Made by a program: the position numbers and the translations under genes. From NCBI RefSeq assembly GCF_009914755.1, contig NC_060931.1: DNA of 64,000 bases; one strand, written 5' to 3'. This document shows, piece by piece, positions 1 through 15,185 of the stretch (position 1 is the stretch's first letter; the number at the start of each line of letters is the position of its first letter). Under the pieces are notes generated by a model, which was not told the DNA's origin, did not search any database, and saw nothing but the letters and a program-made list of their open reading frames with translations. This DNA comes from the human T2T-CHM13v2.0 reference genome, Homo sapiens.

Positions 1-362
<362 letters not shown>

Positions 363-1140
363 AGGTGTGTGGTCTTTTGTGACTATTCTCTCATGTTTTC
401 AAGGTTCATCCATGTTGTAGCATGTATCACTGTTTCTTTCCTTCTTACGGCTAGATAATATTCTATTTTATGGATAAAGCGTAATTTTTTTATCCATTTA
501 TCAATTGGTGGACATTTGGATTGTTTGTACTTTGGGCTTTCACGAATAGTGCTGCTATGAACACTCAAGTACAAGTTTTTATGTGGAAGTATTTTTTCAT
601 TTTTCTTAGGTGTATACATATTATTGAAATTGCTGGGTCATAGGGTAACTTTATATTTAACCCTTTGAGGGAGCACAAACTGTTTCCAAAGTGGCTGCAT
701 CATTTTACACCCCCACCAGCAGTGTATGAAAATTCCAATTTCTCTGCATCTTCCACAGCATTTGCTTTTTATTTTTTATTTATAATAAACATTCTAATTG
801 GTGTGAAGTTGTAAATTGTTGGGGTTTTGATTTACAAATCCCTGATAGCTAATGAAGTGAGCATCTATTCACAAGCCTATCTTTTTTAGACAAATGTCTG
901 TTCAGAACTTTTCCCATTTTTAAATTGGGTTGCCTGTTATCTTTACCTGTTCACCTCATTTTCAATTGGATTGCCTGTTAGTATTGATTATTGTGTTTAA
1001 GGATTCTTTCCATATTCTGGATACAAGTCTCTTGCCAGATACATGATTTGCAGATATTTTCTCTAACTTGTGGGTTACCTTTCCACTTACTTTATGGTGT
1101 CCTTTGAAGCACAACATTTTTTAACCTCAATGAAGCCTAA

Positions 1141-1469
<329 letters not shown>

Positions 1470-2496
1470 TTAAGTAACCTATTTTTTTGGGGGAGGGGGT
1501 CTCTTTTGCCTTTGGTCTTATACGCAAAAAAAGTACTCCTCTATTTCGTCTGAGAATATTATAGTTTTAGATCTTACATTTGGTTCCATGATCCATTTGG
1601 AGTTAACTTTTGTGTATGGCATGAGGAATGGAGTTTTACTGTATTCCTTTGCGAAAATGCGATGGTGGTTATGCAGTTGTCCCTGTTCTATTTGTTACAA
1701 AGTCCTTCATGGAGGAAGAATTTTTAAAATATTTTGCCCTGCTGAATTGTCTTGGCACCTTTGTTGAAAATCAATTCATCGTAAGTGTAAGAGTTTATTT
1801 CTGGATTATCAATTCAGTTCCATTGATCTACATGTCTATCCTTAAGCAAGGAACACACTGTTTTAATTACTGTACCTGTATAGTACAGTAAGTTTTGAAA
1901 TTAGACTCTTCTTCCTATATTAGGATATCTTCATAGAGTTTATATATGTGACCTTTGATGCAGGAAATGGGTAGAAATGGTAGTATCTATCCATATATCA
2001 AATACTGGTATAATTTATGTTCTTTCTTATATTTTAATTTAAAAATTAAATATGAGAAGCTCTGGTATTTTCTTCTGCACCTGAACAAACTGGCTCATGC
2101 TATTGAATTGAATTATTTTCTTAAAGTTTGCATTTTAATTAATTTATTTAATTTTAATTATAATTACATTTAATTTTAATAATGTTTTAATGGATTTATT
2201 CTTTTGTTTCAAATCATCATATTAAGTTCCCAATTTATAGTCTTCTTAATTTTTCAGTCCCTTTAGTGTCATTAACGGCTTTCTTACTGAGTGAATTCAA
2301 AATGATAATATGTTGAAATTTTAAAGACAAAATATACTTAATTATACATATTACTGTGTTCATTTATCTATCAGTGAAATTATTTCATAGTTGGTACAGA
2401 TTAATGTATATCTTATGAATATATGACCTGAAAGTAAATTCACATACTTTACCTTAGTAAAAAAAAAAAATGTGTTACCAAACGTATTTTTATGCT

Positions 2497-2809
2497 CTTT
2501 TCTTTTTTTTTTTTCTTTTCTTCTTTTTTTGAGACAGAGTTTCGCTCTGTCACTCAGGCTGGAGTCCAGTGGCCTGATCGTGGCTCACTGCAGTCTCAGC
2601 CTGCTGCATTCAAGTGATCCTCCCACCTCAGCCTCCTGGGACTACAGGCATTTGACAACACGCCAACTAATTTTTTTGTTGTTTAATTTTTTATAGAGAT
2701 AGGGTCTCCCTATTTTGCCCAGGCTGGTCTTGAACTCCTGGGCTCAAGCATTTCTCTGCCTTGGCCTCCCAAAGTGCTGCGATTATAGTGTGAGCCGCTG
2801 TGCCCAGCC
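2497..2809 (-). mobile_element. AluJ, antisense
   Basis: J-type features (tcctcccacctcagcc; ctcctgggctcaagc), diverged. Confidence 0.88.
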
Positions 2810-5800
2810 TATTTTTATTTTCTTTTTTCATTTATTTTTACATTTTCTCTCTTAATTTCTTCTTCTTCTACAAAAATGTAGTGTTTACAGTAAAGGTATC
2901 TGTATGTGGAAGGTTAGTTATTATAATAATATTGGTGTTTTATGTATGACAAACATGCCATAAGCATTAATTCTATTTTTGAAAAATTATTAAACAATTA
3001 ATATGTATAAATATTACAACAATGAACACTCATAACATCCAGCTTAAGAAATAAAACACTACAGGTACAATTCAAGTTTCCTATGTATCTCTCTCCTATT
3101 GCCCCTCTCATTCCTTCCCTTCTGAATTTGCTGTTTATTTTTTCATGTATGTCTTTACTTTTTATTAATTTCATTAACATACTTAATATGTGATATTAAT
3201 TTGCAAATTTTGGAAATAAAAATTTTTCATATATTCTTTTGCTTTTTTTCACTCACCATATTTGCGATAGTTTATAGTAAATATAAACTATTTGTACTAA
3301 ATGTTCGTGAATTCTTCTTTAAAGTGTTAAAACAATTTACTCTCCTCCAAGTAGTCTATGAGTGTCTCTTGCTCTGTATTTTCAGAGTATGCATTATGAT
3401 TTATGATTTCTGTCATTTGCTCTTGCTAAAGTCCATGATGATATTGATTCTAGCCCATGAGTAACCACCCACAGGTCAGGAAGCAAATGTGATCATCCAG
3501 AGCAAAGTGAAAACCCAGAAGCTATACATTTGGTCCCTGTGCGATAGCAACAAGAAAGCAAAGCAAAACAAAACAAAACAAAACAAAACAGAAAAAAATC
3601 TGTTATTACAAAAAACGGAACCATGTAATTTCCTTAACTCAGGGACCTTAGCACTTCGTAGTCTCCATTAGCAGGCCACCCCCAAGAAAATATTTAATTC
3701 TAAGCCAGAACATTATGCTTGTCATACAAAGACCTTCTAGAACTATCCCTACCCACTTTCAAATGATGGCAATGCCTATGCCCTACCACTTAGAATGATG
3801 GGGCCACAAAGGCATTGATGTTTTACTAGGCAATATTGAGGAATTTACAAAATAGTTGCATAACAACTCTTCTGTCAAAGTAATTACATGAATTTTATCA
3901 GTGGGAGTGGACAGATGTTTGAGCACAGTGGCCTTAGACCACACCATATAATGAAAAGTTGTCTTACACATCTCAGTTAGCTGAGAGTATTTTCCAGAAT
4001 GACCATCTGGCAAAATAACCCATCAAAACAAAGTCCCCAGGTGAATCAGCTGAAAAAGAAAGACGAATACTTTGACTGCATAAAAAATAGACTCAATAGA
4101 GAATATGTAAAATAAATGTTAATAAAAAATGCTTTTGTGGAGAGCATGTTAACTATTCATTTAAGGGGGGTAACACATTTTCTAATGGTGCTCAATAAGT
4201 AAAATGTTAACTTGGGTATTTATCTAATTTTTATTAACAGTAGATTCTGAACTGTTTGACATTTAAATTTTTCAGCACTGTAAGAGAGAAGCATGCTCTT
4301 TCATACTTACTTAGATGTATAAACATGAATAAAATTATCTCAGTAAAACTACTAATGGTAAAAAAACTGGCTTAGTGAAACACTTCAATCAGTTCCAGAG
4401 ACAACAGAAAAATGTAATTTCAGCTTTCAAGCTCAAGAAGGATGCTTTTGTTAATGAGGCTGGGTATCTATCCTAAAATAAAAGTGACCTGGCATTTAAT
4501 GATAACTCAGTGATTAATATGCAGTATAATAACATGTGGTTTACTGGATTATTATAACTCTCCTTATACATTGAAAGCCATATTTCATTTGTAAAAGTGT
4601 ATAATTGCAATCAACTCTTTGAATAAACTTCTCTCTTCTATAGTCCTATTTTGAAAGAAAGTTCAAAAATGTTTGGCCCATCTCTGTTCATAGTTCCAAT
4701 AATTATGAATCTGTCCTAATAAAGTGTTTGGAAGATTTAACTGTTTAGTTTAAATAACATTTACCATTTTTTTTAATTACAGTTTTAATATAGGTAATAT
4801 GCAGAAAACTTGGAAACGACATGAAAGTTCAAAGGAAAAATAATCCTCAAATCACTGGACCTTTTCTCACATTATCTCTTGGCTCCAACACAAAATAATT
4901 TTAGGATTTCGTCCCTTGGTAATCATTTTGTCTGGACTCTATTTCTCATATTTTTTTTCTCAGCCATTTCTTGGTTATTTTGTGTTGTGATTGCTTATAA
5001 TATGTTTCCTTGTTTTATCCTATCCTTATAATAAGATCTTAAGGATGATTTTATATATATCTCTCTCCTTATTATGCATTCATTTAAAACTGAAAAATAT
5101 ATATTATTAAAGCCCACTATGTGTGAAACACTGCATGGGAATGATATGCATGGGAATATATAACAGCCAAAGGTCATCTCTTCATGGAACTTACTAACTA
5201 CGGTTAAGGTGCAAGTGCCTAAATTTTGTTGCCAACCCACAACATCCTTAATCTCCTTTGCTGTCTGTACAGTGCAGCACAAGGACTGTTGCCTTTTGGT
5301 TGAGCAATAGATATTGGATGAACAGTTATAAGTAAGGAACAAATTAATATTAGACAAGTAGTTATTTGTTTCTTACTTATATTGCCATATTCCTTCTGGT
5401 AGACACTGGACAGGTAGGATGCTGCTTACTGAATTGTGAAATTTTATACTATGATGTAACATTTATAAAATGCTTTTGAGTTAGCAAACTGTTTTATCTT
5501 ACAGGGTTTCAGTGAAGCTCAAGTAGAACAATACTTACTTACTATTAAAAAAAAAGAAAGGTAGCGGGTGGTGTTATTTAAATGGAGTCCTTACGGTATC
5601 AAACTACTCATTAACAGGAAAAATATTTAGTAACCCCAGTCATCTAAAACATGGCCATGTGATAAAAAAAGAAACATGGCCTTTCATTTCCAAATATCTA
5701 TTGCATTTTCTTAATGCACAGACAAAATAATATGGCTTCTAGAAAGTATGAGAAAATATATAAAATGCAGCAGAAAATAAGTTAAAAGATGAGTTATATC

Positions 5801-6074
5801 CAGTTTCTGGTTCAACGAGCTTTCAACGTTATACAAGGAAAGATCATGTTACACACACACAAAAATGTGCATGCACACACCCATGCAAAATGTATTTAGA
5901 GCTTCTCCTTGCATTTGTCACCTGGTTAATTCCAATTTGTCTTTCATATTTAAAATTAAACATCACTTTCTTAAACAAAATTTCCCTGAACCTCTTCAAC
6001 AGGTTTTTCTTAAAAGTTTTTCATATCATCCCGAATTTTTCCTGTATAGCACTCACTGTATTTATAATTACATT

Positions 6075-6586
6075 GTTGTACGAACATCATAGAGTATACC
6101 TACACAGACCTAGATGGTATAGCCTACTATGTACCTAGGCCATATATGATAGCTTACTTTTCCTAGCCTACAAACCTGTACAGCATGTTACTATACTGAA
6201 TACTGTAGGCAATTTGTGTATATAAACATAGAAAAGGTACAATATAAATACAGTTTATTATAAAAGGTAAAACATAATATACCTGGATAAGGCACTTAGA
6301 ATGAGTGGAGCTTGCATAACTGGAAGTTGCTGTGGGTGAGTCAGCGACTGGCTGATGAGTGAACATGAAGGCCTATGACATTATTGCATGGTACTGTAGA
6401 CATCATAAACACTGTACACTTAGGCTACACTAAATTATTAAAAATAAAGTAATTGTGCTATGACATTAGGAAGGCTCATACGTCAGTAGGTGAAAGGGAT
6501 TTTTGTGTTCCATTATAATCTTCTGGGCCCAGTGTCATATATGTGGTCTATCCTTGACCAAAATGTTGTTATGGAATGCATGGCTG
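6075..6586. mobile_element. Tigger3/Golem-type DNA transposon fragment within an L2 remnant
   Basis: gaacatcatagagtatacctacacagacctagatggtatagcc... ending ttgaccaaaatgttgttatggaatgcatggctg, similar to the recalled Tigger3 consensus. Confidence 0.72.
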
Positions 6587-9411
6587 TCTTTAGTATCTGT
6601 CTCCTTACTAGAGAATAAGCATAAAAAAGGTTCTGCACACTAGCAAAGTGTCCAGCATGGAGTGTGAGCTCAAGAAATAGTTACTGCATGCAATAACTCT
6701 AATATATAAAAGACTATGGCAGGGAAAGGAGAGAGAAAAACAAAATGTGATGGGAATGTAACAGAAGGGGAAAGCGCAATTAATGTGTGTTCAAAAAACA
6801 CTGTGAAATTTTAAGTGGACCTTAGAGGATGTGTGTAGTGCTGAATGTGGAGCTTCATAGCCACACATAGAGGGGTGATCTAGAAAGGATGGCTTGGAAG
6901 AAGCATGAATGTTCATGGTCAACATATCCATGAGACACAGCAGACACAGTGCCCAAAGCCTATGATATGCTTGCTGTTAGGGGCCCACAAAACATTTTAA
7001 ATTTTAATTTCTTAATCAGAAAAAAATGAATCTAATCATATGAATATATAATAATGAATCCAATATATGCCAATGTAGGCTTAAAATGTAGTTTTTAATA
7101 CTATTTTTTGAAGTCCACAAAGGTAAAATTGCACAGGGCCCCTGAAAGTCATACTGCAGCCCTCGGAATGATATCTGATATTCAGTAGATAGTATTCGGT
7201 TAGAACTTAGAAAAGAATAAATGATCTAAGGCTTAAAATGTAGGTTAGCCTCAGGTAAAGGAGAGTACAAATGACAGGCTGTAGAGATTCTTCAAATTTG
7301 GGTTGACCTTCGGAGTCTTTTTGTGTTAATGTCTTGCTTACTGCAGGGCTTCAGGAAGAGAATTCTTGCAGGAAGGAATAGGACTGGTTGGTATTAGAAG
7401 TTGGGTGATCAGTTAGGAGCTTTTTGCCATGTCTTACATGGGAGCTGAAGAAATTATAGTAGAAAGAAAGGGAGGAGATGGATATTACAAAAAATCAGAT
7501 AAACATGTACCCAGGAATTGTAGATCATATGTGGAAAAGCTTCCTTTTCCCGACATAACCCCCCAAATCATAATTATATATTTGTGTTCCCTGTAACAGT
7601 GAGTTCCATATGAGGAAGGACTATATTAATCTTACTGCTGTGTCCTCAGAACACTGAACACAAGACACTCAAGAAAACAGGAGAGTTAGACTCTTGTAAA
7701 AGTGTATAAACCATTGTAGCTAGAACTAGGTCCCTGACCAATCCATCCCAATCATCGAAGCGAATGCCCAAAGCCTCAATATGTGAAATATACCTTCCAA
7801 TTGATTGATGGTTTGATTATTCTGTAGAGCAAAACAGAAGTAACAACATACACATTAGTTATAACCTATTTTAAAGTTGATTTTAAATCATTCTTTTTTC
7901 TAAATTCAGAAATCTCTGCTTATGGTCTGTAATTAAATCTATATTTATAATCCAAATTTATAGATTTATATGCAGCATTAACTCATATCATGTACAGAGA
8001 AAGCTACAATTACGTAAAACCACATAATACGCAATGAGTACAGTTGTGTTGTATACAGATTTGTTAGCTTTCTCAGTAAGTTTCTCAGCCAGTGTAATTT
8101 GTACACTTAGCATGTACCAAGCCTTGAGTGAAAATACAGGATGAGTATGACCTGTGATGGCACATATTAGGTAGAAGGGGAGCACCTAGTCTAGCAGGAA
8201 GGTTAAGGCAAGGCCTTAACTAAGGAGAAGTAATGTCTGCCTCAAGTCTTGAAAGAACAAATGCTAGTCAGGTAGGAAGCAGAAGCAGAAGAGCACACAC
8301 ATTTATAAAATTACTAGAATTAGACGTTTAAAAATACTTTGGTAACATTTGGAGCAACAGTTTCTTTATCCATGGCAAGAGAGTATTATGTTTTTTACCA
8401 CTGTTCAGCTATTTTTCACATTCGTTAGGAAAGATAAATAAAAACAGCATAAAGATTATGAACTCCCTCATGTTGAAGATAAAATATTCAGTGTAGTATA
8501 TATATTTTTGATAAATATTTTTATTAATAAATAAATAAATTCTTTATTAATAAATAAAATTTTGAAAGAATATATATTTAAAATATATATTTTGAAATAC
8601 ATACCTTTTTTTGCACAAAGCTCGCTGTGTAGCATTGATGATTAAATAAGCTGCCTATCTGTGTTTGAGAATATCTTTTCTTGGAGACAGAGGAAGAGAC
8701 TAACTGAATCTTCCATAAAATTCCAAACTGTGATTCACTGATTCGGTAAGTTGGGAAGGATGAAGAATAATAACAGCGTTAAATCACTGAGGATATATTT
8801 AATAGTATATTAAAAACCAAATAATTTTATAGTGTTGAAATTATACCATACAAACTATGAAATATTCATTTTCTTCTATACCAATATATGAAGACTGAAA
8901 GGTGTCAAAATATAATTGTGTAATTGGTCATTTTTAGAGACATCCATAGAATTCATAAACAATATTCACTGAAATAAATTCAGGAGAGAATTTTCAGAAT
9001 TAGGCCTCACTGGCAGTTTGAAAGTGTTGAATTGTTCTCCCACGTTGTGTGGCAGTTCTGGGGCTGTATTCAAAACGTTGGTATCTAGGTAGGAAATGAG
9101 TCAAAGTCGACGTTACTCTTGAGGTTAAAGGTCTGTTTCTTTCAATCAGTTCAAACTGACAGGCCTCCTGCCATCACCTCCTCCTTAGCCAGGCAGACAG
9201 GCCCTGGCCGTCAGTGTGAAAACATCTGTTGAATGGATTTATTGACTGGATCTTGTTTTTTCTCTCCCTTTCTCTATTTTTTTTTTCTTTTTCCTTCACA
9301 CCGTTTATTATGTCTCTGACCTGATGAACTTAATTTGTTGACATGTCGCTCAGTGTCTCCCTCAATCCTTGTCTCACATTTCTTTCTACTGTGCTCTTTT
9401 CTTGGCAACAG

Positions 9412-9589
9412 CCTTTCCTGGAACCCACGCACACACGTGCGCTCTCTGTGCGCCAAGCTCCGCTGGCTGCGGTTGGCATGGATGGATTAGAGAAACACCG
9501 TCTCGTCTCCAGGACTCACTCTTCCCCTGCTGCCTCTGTTTTACCTCACCCAGCAATGGACCGCCCCCTCCAGCCTGGCTCTGCAACTG
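9412..9589 (+). CDS. HDAC9: HDAC9 internal coding exon A (linker before deacetylase domain; PFLEPTHTRALSVRQAPLAAVGMDGLEKHRLVSRTHSSPAASVLPHPAMDRPLQPGSAT+G)
   Basis: Pyrimidine tract plus ...ggcaacAG acceptor at 9410-9411. Donor CTG|GTagga at 9590. 178 nt = 59 codons + 1 (phase 0 to 1). Peptide matches recalled HDAC9, including a class IIa-type RTHSSP motif. Confidence 0.96.
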
Positions 9590-10233
9590 GTAGGAATCCC
9601 TAAAGACTCTCTCTAATAGGCAGGCTAAATGCCCCGTTCTTGTAGGATTAACCGATTTAAATGCTCTGAATAACTCCAATAGCAGAACACTCCATTTTAA
9701 CCCAGTGCAACCCAAATTTTACGAGGTTATATTGGCTATAAGACAAACAGCACATCTGATAAATCTTGGGCTTAGTACTAATAGCCTCATAAATTGCTAT
9801 CATCCAAGGGCCTGGAAAATACATCAACAGGTGCATGAGTTTTTTGGAAATGAAAATCCCTGCAACATTCTTTAGCAGTGTTCCTCAATCTCTACTCTTA
9901 CCTTCTGCCCAGTCACTAGGAAATTGATGATGCTTGGCTTCCTCATTTGACTCCAAAGAGTACCCTTTAACCAGTTTGTTTTTTTGTTTGTTTGTTTTAT
10001 TTCACTGTTTTCTTCTGGTTCCCCATGCAAATGACTCATGGGATTCTATAGTACCAAAGCAAACTTCACTTGATTCTATGTATGTTACTTTCATTTCTAT
10101 TCATTATGGAATCTCTGGGTGGGCTTTTCGACCAACCTCTTCCTTTGTCTACAGCTGTGTTTGATATTTCAGAACCTGACTACAGAGGAAAACAAGCCAG
10201 ATAATTCCAAGGCCAAAGGAAGGTTAAGTGTGG

Positions 10234-10234
<1 letters not shown>

Positions 10235-10275
<41 letters not shown>
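10235..10275. repeat. (AC)~20 microsatellite
   Basis: Direct reading. Confidence 0.98.
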
Positions 10276-10277
<2 letters not shown>

Positions 10278-12329
10278 GGGTGCTATTCCCTCTGCAAAGG
10301 AACAGTGCTGTACATATATGCGTGGATAATTATTTCTTTTTGTGTACTCTACTCCATTCTAGTTCCGTGTTCTCAAACTGTGGCTAATCAAATGAAATAT
10401 ATTGTAGCCCTAAGAGACTCATAACTTGGATACTGCAGAAAACGAATTTATATGTACCTTCCCCAAAGGCTCTTTTGAGTTCTCTGATTTATTTTAAAAT
10501 CCATTTTCAGGATTCAGAGCTTGTTTTTGTGGCTTCTGTGACCTCATGCAAGCCTTCGTGCTTGGAAAAGTTAAATCTATTTTCTAAAACCATATTCCCA
10601 AGCCTTGATATTATCTTTAGTTTAAAAATTAATGAATGAAATAGCCAAGTTAATTACCTTTGGTAGGCATCTTTAATAAGTATGCATAGAAGTGACTTTT
10701 TATAATGTTTTATGCCATAAGAAAACATTCCATACTAGGAGCTATGAGCTGGGTCTATTTCTTTCTCCGTACTAGCCATTGCCTCTGACTCTTCTACTTC
10801 CAGGAGCATAGCAAAACTGCCCAGATATTCCGGAAAACCCAGGAACACTGCCCAGTGTTAGTGGCAGCCTTTTGAATCAATCATGCCTGGTGCTATCCCT
10901 GTGGATTCACCGAGTTTTTGCTCAAAACCAGATACATGATACAGAGGAATAATTTTTTGCATGTAGAAAGAGCAATAGCCTTTAAGAATTACTTACTCTC
11001 TATTCTTTCTCCTGAAAGTGTCTTTTATTCAACCCTAATATTTCAGAAAATACAGAGTAACAACCATTCTATCAAAATAACTGTTTCCATTGACTGAAAT
11101 AATTTCCTTAATATTATAATAATATTAAAAATTAAAAATAATATTAAAAATAAATTCCTTAAGTAAGCTTAACTACAAAGTTTCCTGTTGATGTGCCCAA
11201 GTTTGCTACTGTATATTACTGTAATCCTATGGATAAAGTTTCTTTCCTTGGTTAAGAGGGGTGGCCCTTTTCTGACATACTTCAGTGTCTTCTAGTTTTC
11301 ATATGTTCCTTTGAATGAATGAAGCAAGACATCTGAATATTAGAGAGAACCTGGAGTTTAAGGAAACTGTGTTGCCAAATGGATAGGGTTTGTAGACCTT
11401 AGAAGAATCCAGATGCAAGGGTAGACTGTAAACCCAGCAACATAAACAGGACATAATCCTACCCTGATCATTCAAACAAAGACTAGGTCATTTCAGAGAG
11501 TTAGGTTTTTTTCCCCCTCATAATGTCAACATTTTAGTATTTATCAAAGCATGTATTCCAAAAACAAATAGGAAAGTGAACTTAAGATTCTTTTTATATA
11601 TAATGGATTTGATAAGGCAATTCCTTGTCCACATGAGATATTATATAAAATTATTTTAGAAAACACAGGATTTTGTACTTAATAGGCATTCAATAAACAT
11701 TTTAGTTGAATCAATGAATATTAATTTCATAATAAACACGAATTTACTAGTTCAAATTTGAATACACTGAAAGTAAAAATTACATTGTAACTATTGTTCC
11801 GCTAAAGGATAGCTAAGTTATTTACAAGTTACAATAACTAAGAGGAATATTTGTTAGCTCATTTGAACTTACAAGAATGTTGCATCTTTACACTGAAAAT
11901 CTTACAAGAAAAACGCACAATATTTTAAAATCATGCAACATATGCAATTTATAATAATAGCTTCTCCACTGGCATTGGGATTAAAATATATATATACTTG
12001 ATATGTAACATTCATTTAGTACTATTCCAAATCCTAAGGAAATGAAATGCACCATCTTCACTCTGCTATTCCACATATTGCTCTGGCTTTAATCCAATCT
12101 TAAATTTCCCCTGTAGCCTGAAAACTACTGTAATCCACATGATCTCAAAAATCACTTTAGTATTTCTAATGATCTTGATTTCAGATGAGAACTGTAAGGT
12201 TTTCATTCTAGTATGATTGAAAATATATCTTTTAAGCACTAATCTCCTTTCTTTTGACTTTTTAATATCTATTTGTTGCAGACATGTTAAACAATCTAAA
12301 GGAACATTCACCTATGTTCTTTAGGAATA

Positions 12330-13067
12330 CAGTAGACCTTCTTATCTGCATGGGGGCTATTCTAAGACTCCCAGAGAATGCCTACAACAGCCAGTAGTAT
12401 TGAACCAGTTGAGGTCAATAGGAACCCATTTCTGTTCATGTCTTCCACCCATAAATTTATGGTCTTTTCCATCTTAACTAAGCACTTTTCACATGCTGTG
12501 GCCATAGCTTTTGTAGTGTGAGGTGTGGTGGGACAGAAAACAATCACAAATTTCTTTTTTCTTCATCACAACTTCAGGGATAGAAGATTCCTTCTTACTG
12601 TAGAGCTTAGCAACTTTAGCATATGATTTTTTTTTAAATTTCCTTAAGTCAAGAACTTAAACCTTTCATTCAAAGGAAGCCCTTTAAGGCTTGTCTTTGG
12701 CACATCCAAACTGTTAGCATCACTACTCTTGCACTTTGGAGCCATTATGAAGTAAAAAATAATTAAAAGCATGCACTGGTGACACTGCCACAGTCAACCT
12801 GTCATCCAGACAGCTACTAAATGACTAATGGGCAGGTGACATAGAGAGCATGGAGCTGCTGGAGAAAGGGATAATTCACATCCTGGGCAAGCCGGAGTGG
12901 GGCACTGTAAGACTTCAACATGCTGCTCAGAATGATGCGCAATTTAAAACTTAGAATTTGGTTGTTATATAATTGTGTATTTCTGGAATTTTCCAGTTAA
13001 TATTCTCAAACCATAGTTGAAACTGTAGAAAGAGAAACTGCAGATGGGGGAGGGGAGAGGCTATTTG
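12330..13067 (-). mobile_element. MER44/Tigger7-type DNA transposon
   Basis: TA|cagtagacc start and TA-flanked end. ORF 12362..12547 (CLVKMEKTINLWVEDMNR) is a Tigger/CENP-B-like transposase remnant. Confidence 0.75.
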
Positions 13068-13416
13068 TATTTGTATTTTTTTTTTAAAATAAACTCATAC
13101 GATCTCACATTCTCAATAGCTGTTCCACTAAATAGCAAGGTAGCGGACACAGACACATTATAAAGCTAGGCGGCTGGCTTAAATCTATCCTCTAAGAGCT
13201 ATACTTTTTGGTGCTACTAAGAAGTTATTTAACACAAAAGTCACATAATTTTCAATGCACATCATTTAAACCTTCACCATCCATGTGCATCCTCCACAGC
13301 CCACTGGATTAGGCACACAACTCCCTTTTTGACAAGAACAAAAAATGTTCCAAGGGAGAAATATTATCTGAGTTTAGTCAGTTTTGGAAAGATGCTGTCT
13401 TCATTCTATTTCCTGA

Positions 13417-13754
<338 letters not shown>

Positions 13755-13858
13755 TAAAAAAATGATATTCTTAAGACTATACTGTAAGTTTTTCCCCCAA
13801 ACAAAAGACATAATTGAATTTAAACTTTATCACTAAATATTTGGTGAATATGAATACA

Positions 13859-13987
13859 TGTATTTTTAGTAGAGACGGGATTTCTGTATGTTGGTCAGGT
13901 TGGTCTCCAACTCCCAACCTCAGGTGATCCACCCGCCTTGGCCTCCCAAAGTGCTGGGATTACAGGTGTGAGCTACTGAGCTGGGCC
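13859..13987 (-). mobile_element. Isolated Alu left arm (AluSp-like), antisense
   Basis: tgtatttttagtagagacggg...gttggtcagg...ctcccaacctcaggtgatcc...gggcc. Confidence 0.88.
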
Positions 13988-14224
13988 TGAGATAACTGTT
14001 ATATATTAATTGAACTTTCGTGGTAACATTTATACTTTTGAGAATTATAAAAATTGATACAAGTTCATTGAAGGCAATTTGGTAAATCTAGAATATTATA
14101 ATGGAAAGTCACTCATTATTCTCCCACTCAGAGGTAACCTCTATTAAAATATGTTTATACTTATTTTTCAATCAATACTTTTTACTCTATAAGCTTCTCT
14201 TTAATAGAATAAAGAAAAGTGATT

Positions 14225-15185
14225 TGTATTTGTATACATATCTATGTGCATGTGTGTATGTGTCTATCTGAAAGTATGTGTGTATATTTGTATGTGTGTA
14301 TATACAGTGTATATATGTGTATATATGTGTATATACATATATACACTGTATGTATGTGTATATATGTGTATATAATGTATATACACACACGTGTATATAT
14401 GTGCATGTGTATATACACACACGTGTATATGTGTGCATATGTGTATATACACACACGTGTATATGTGTGCATATGTGTATATATACACACACGTGTATAT
14501 GTGTGCGTATGTGTACACACACACACGTGTATGTGTGCGTATGTGTACACACACACACGTGTATGTGTGCGTATGTGTACACACACGTGTATGTGTGCGT
14601 ATGTGTACACACACGTGTGTTTGTGTGCGTATGTGTACACACACGTGTGTATGTGTGCGTATGTGTACACACACGTGTGTATGTGTGCGTATGTGTACAC
14701 ACACACGTGTGCGTATGTGTACACACACACGTGTGCGTATGTGTATACACACGTGTGTATGTATGTGTATACACACGTGTATGTGTGTGTATGTGTATAT
14801 ACACATGTGTATGTGTGTGTATGTGTATATACACATGTGTATGTGTGTATATATGTATATATACAGATATACATATATACATGTGTATATACGTATATAC
14901 ACATGTATACACATATATACATGTGTATATATACATATATATGTGTATACATGTATATATATACACATGTATACACATATATACACGTGTATACACATGT
15001 ATATATGTGTCTATACATATATACACGTGTATACATGTGTCTATACGTATATACACATATATACATGTGTATATATGTATATAATGTATATATACACAGG
15101 TATATATGTGTATATATGTGTATATATGTGTATATAATGTATATATACACATGTATATATGTGTATGTGTGTGTGTATGTATGCC
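14225..15185. repeat. ~1-kb alternating purine-pyrimidine compound minisatellite (core ~30-nt unit atgtgtacacacacgtgtgtatgtgtgcgt)
   Basis: Direct reading. Nearly uninterrupted RY alternation from about 14380 to 15080. Confidence 0.97.

Noticed and set aside
6925-7162. Possible hAT-type DNA transposon remnants (also about 43190-43480 and an LTR-like stretch at 58550-59100)
   Set aside because: Too decayed to assign family or boundaries by eye. Needs RepeatMasker.
8490-8600. AT-rich local repeats and palindromes (also 2100-2190, 11100-11170)
   Set aside because: Low-complexity AT sequence in which such symmetry is expected.
14380-14800. Repeat array superficially like CRISPR
   Set aside because: No unique spacers, no cas genes, eukaryotic context. 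It is a simple minisatellite.
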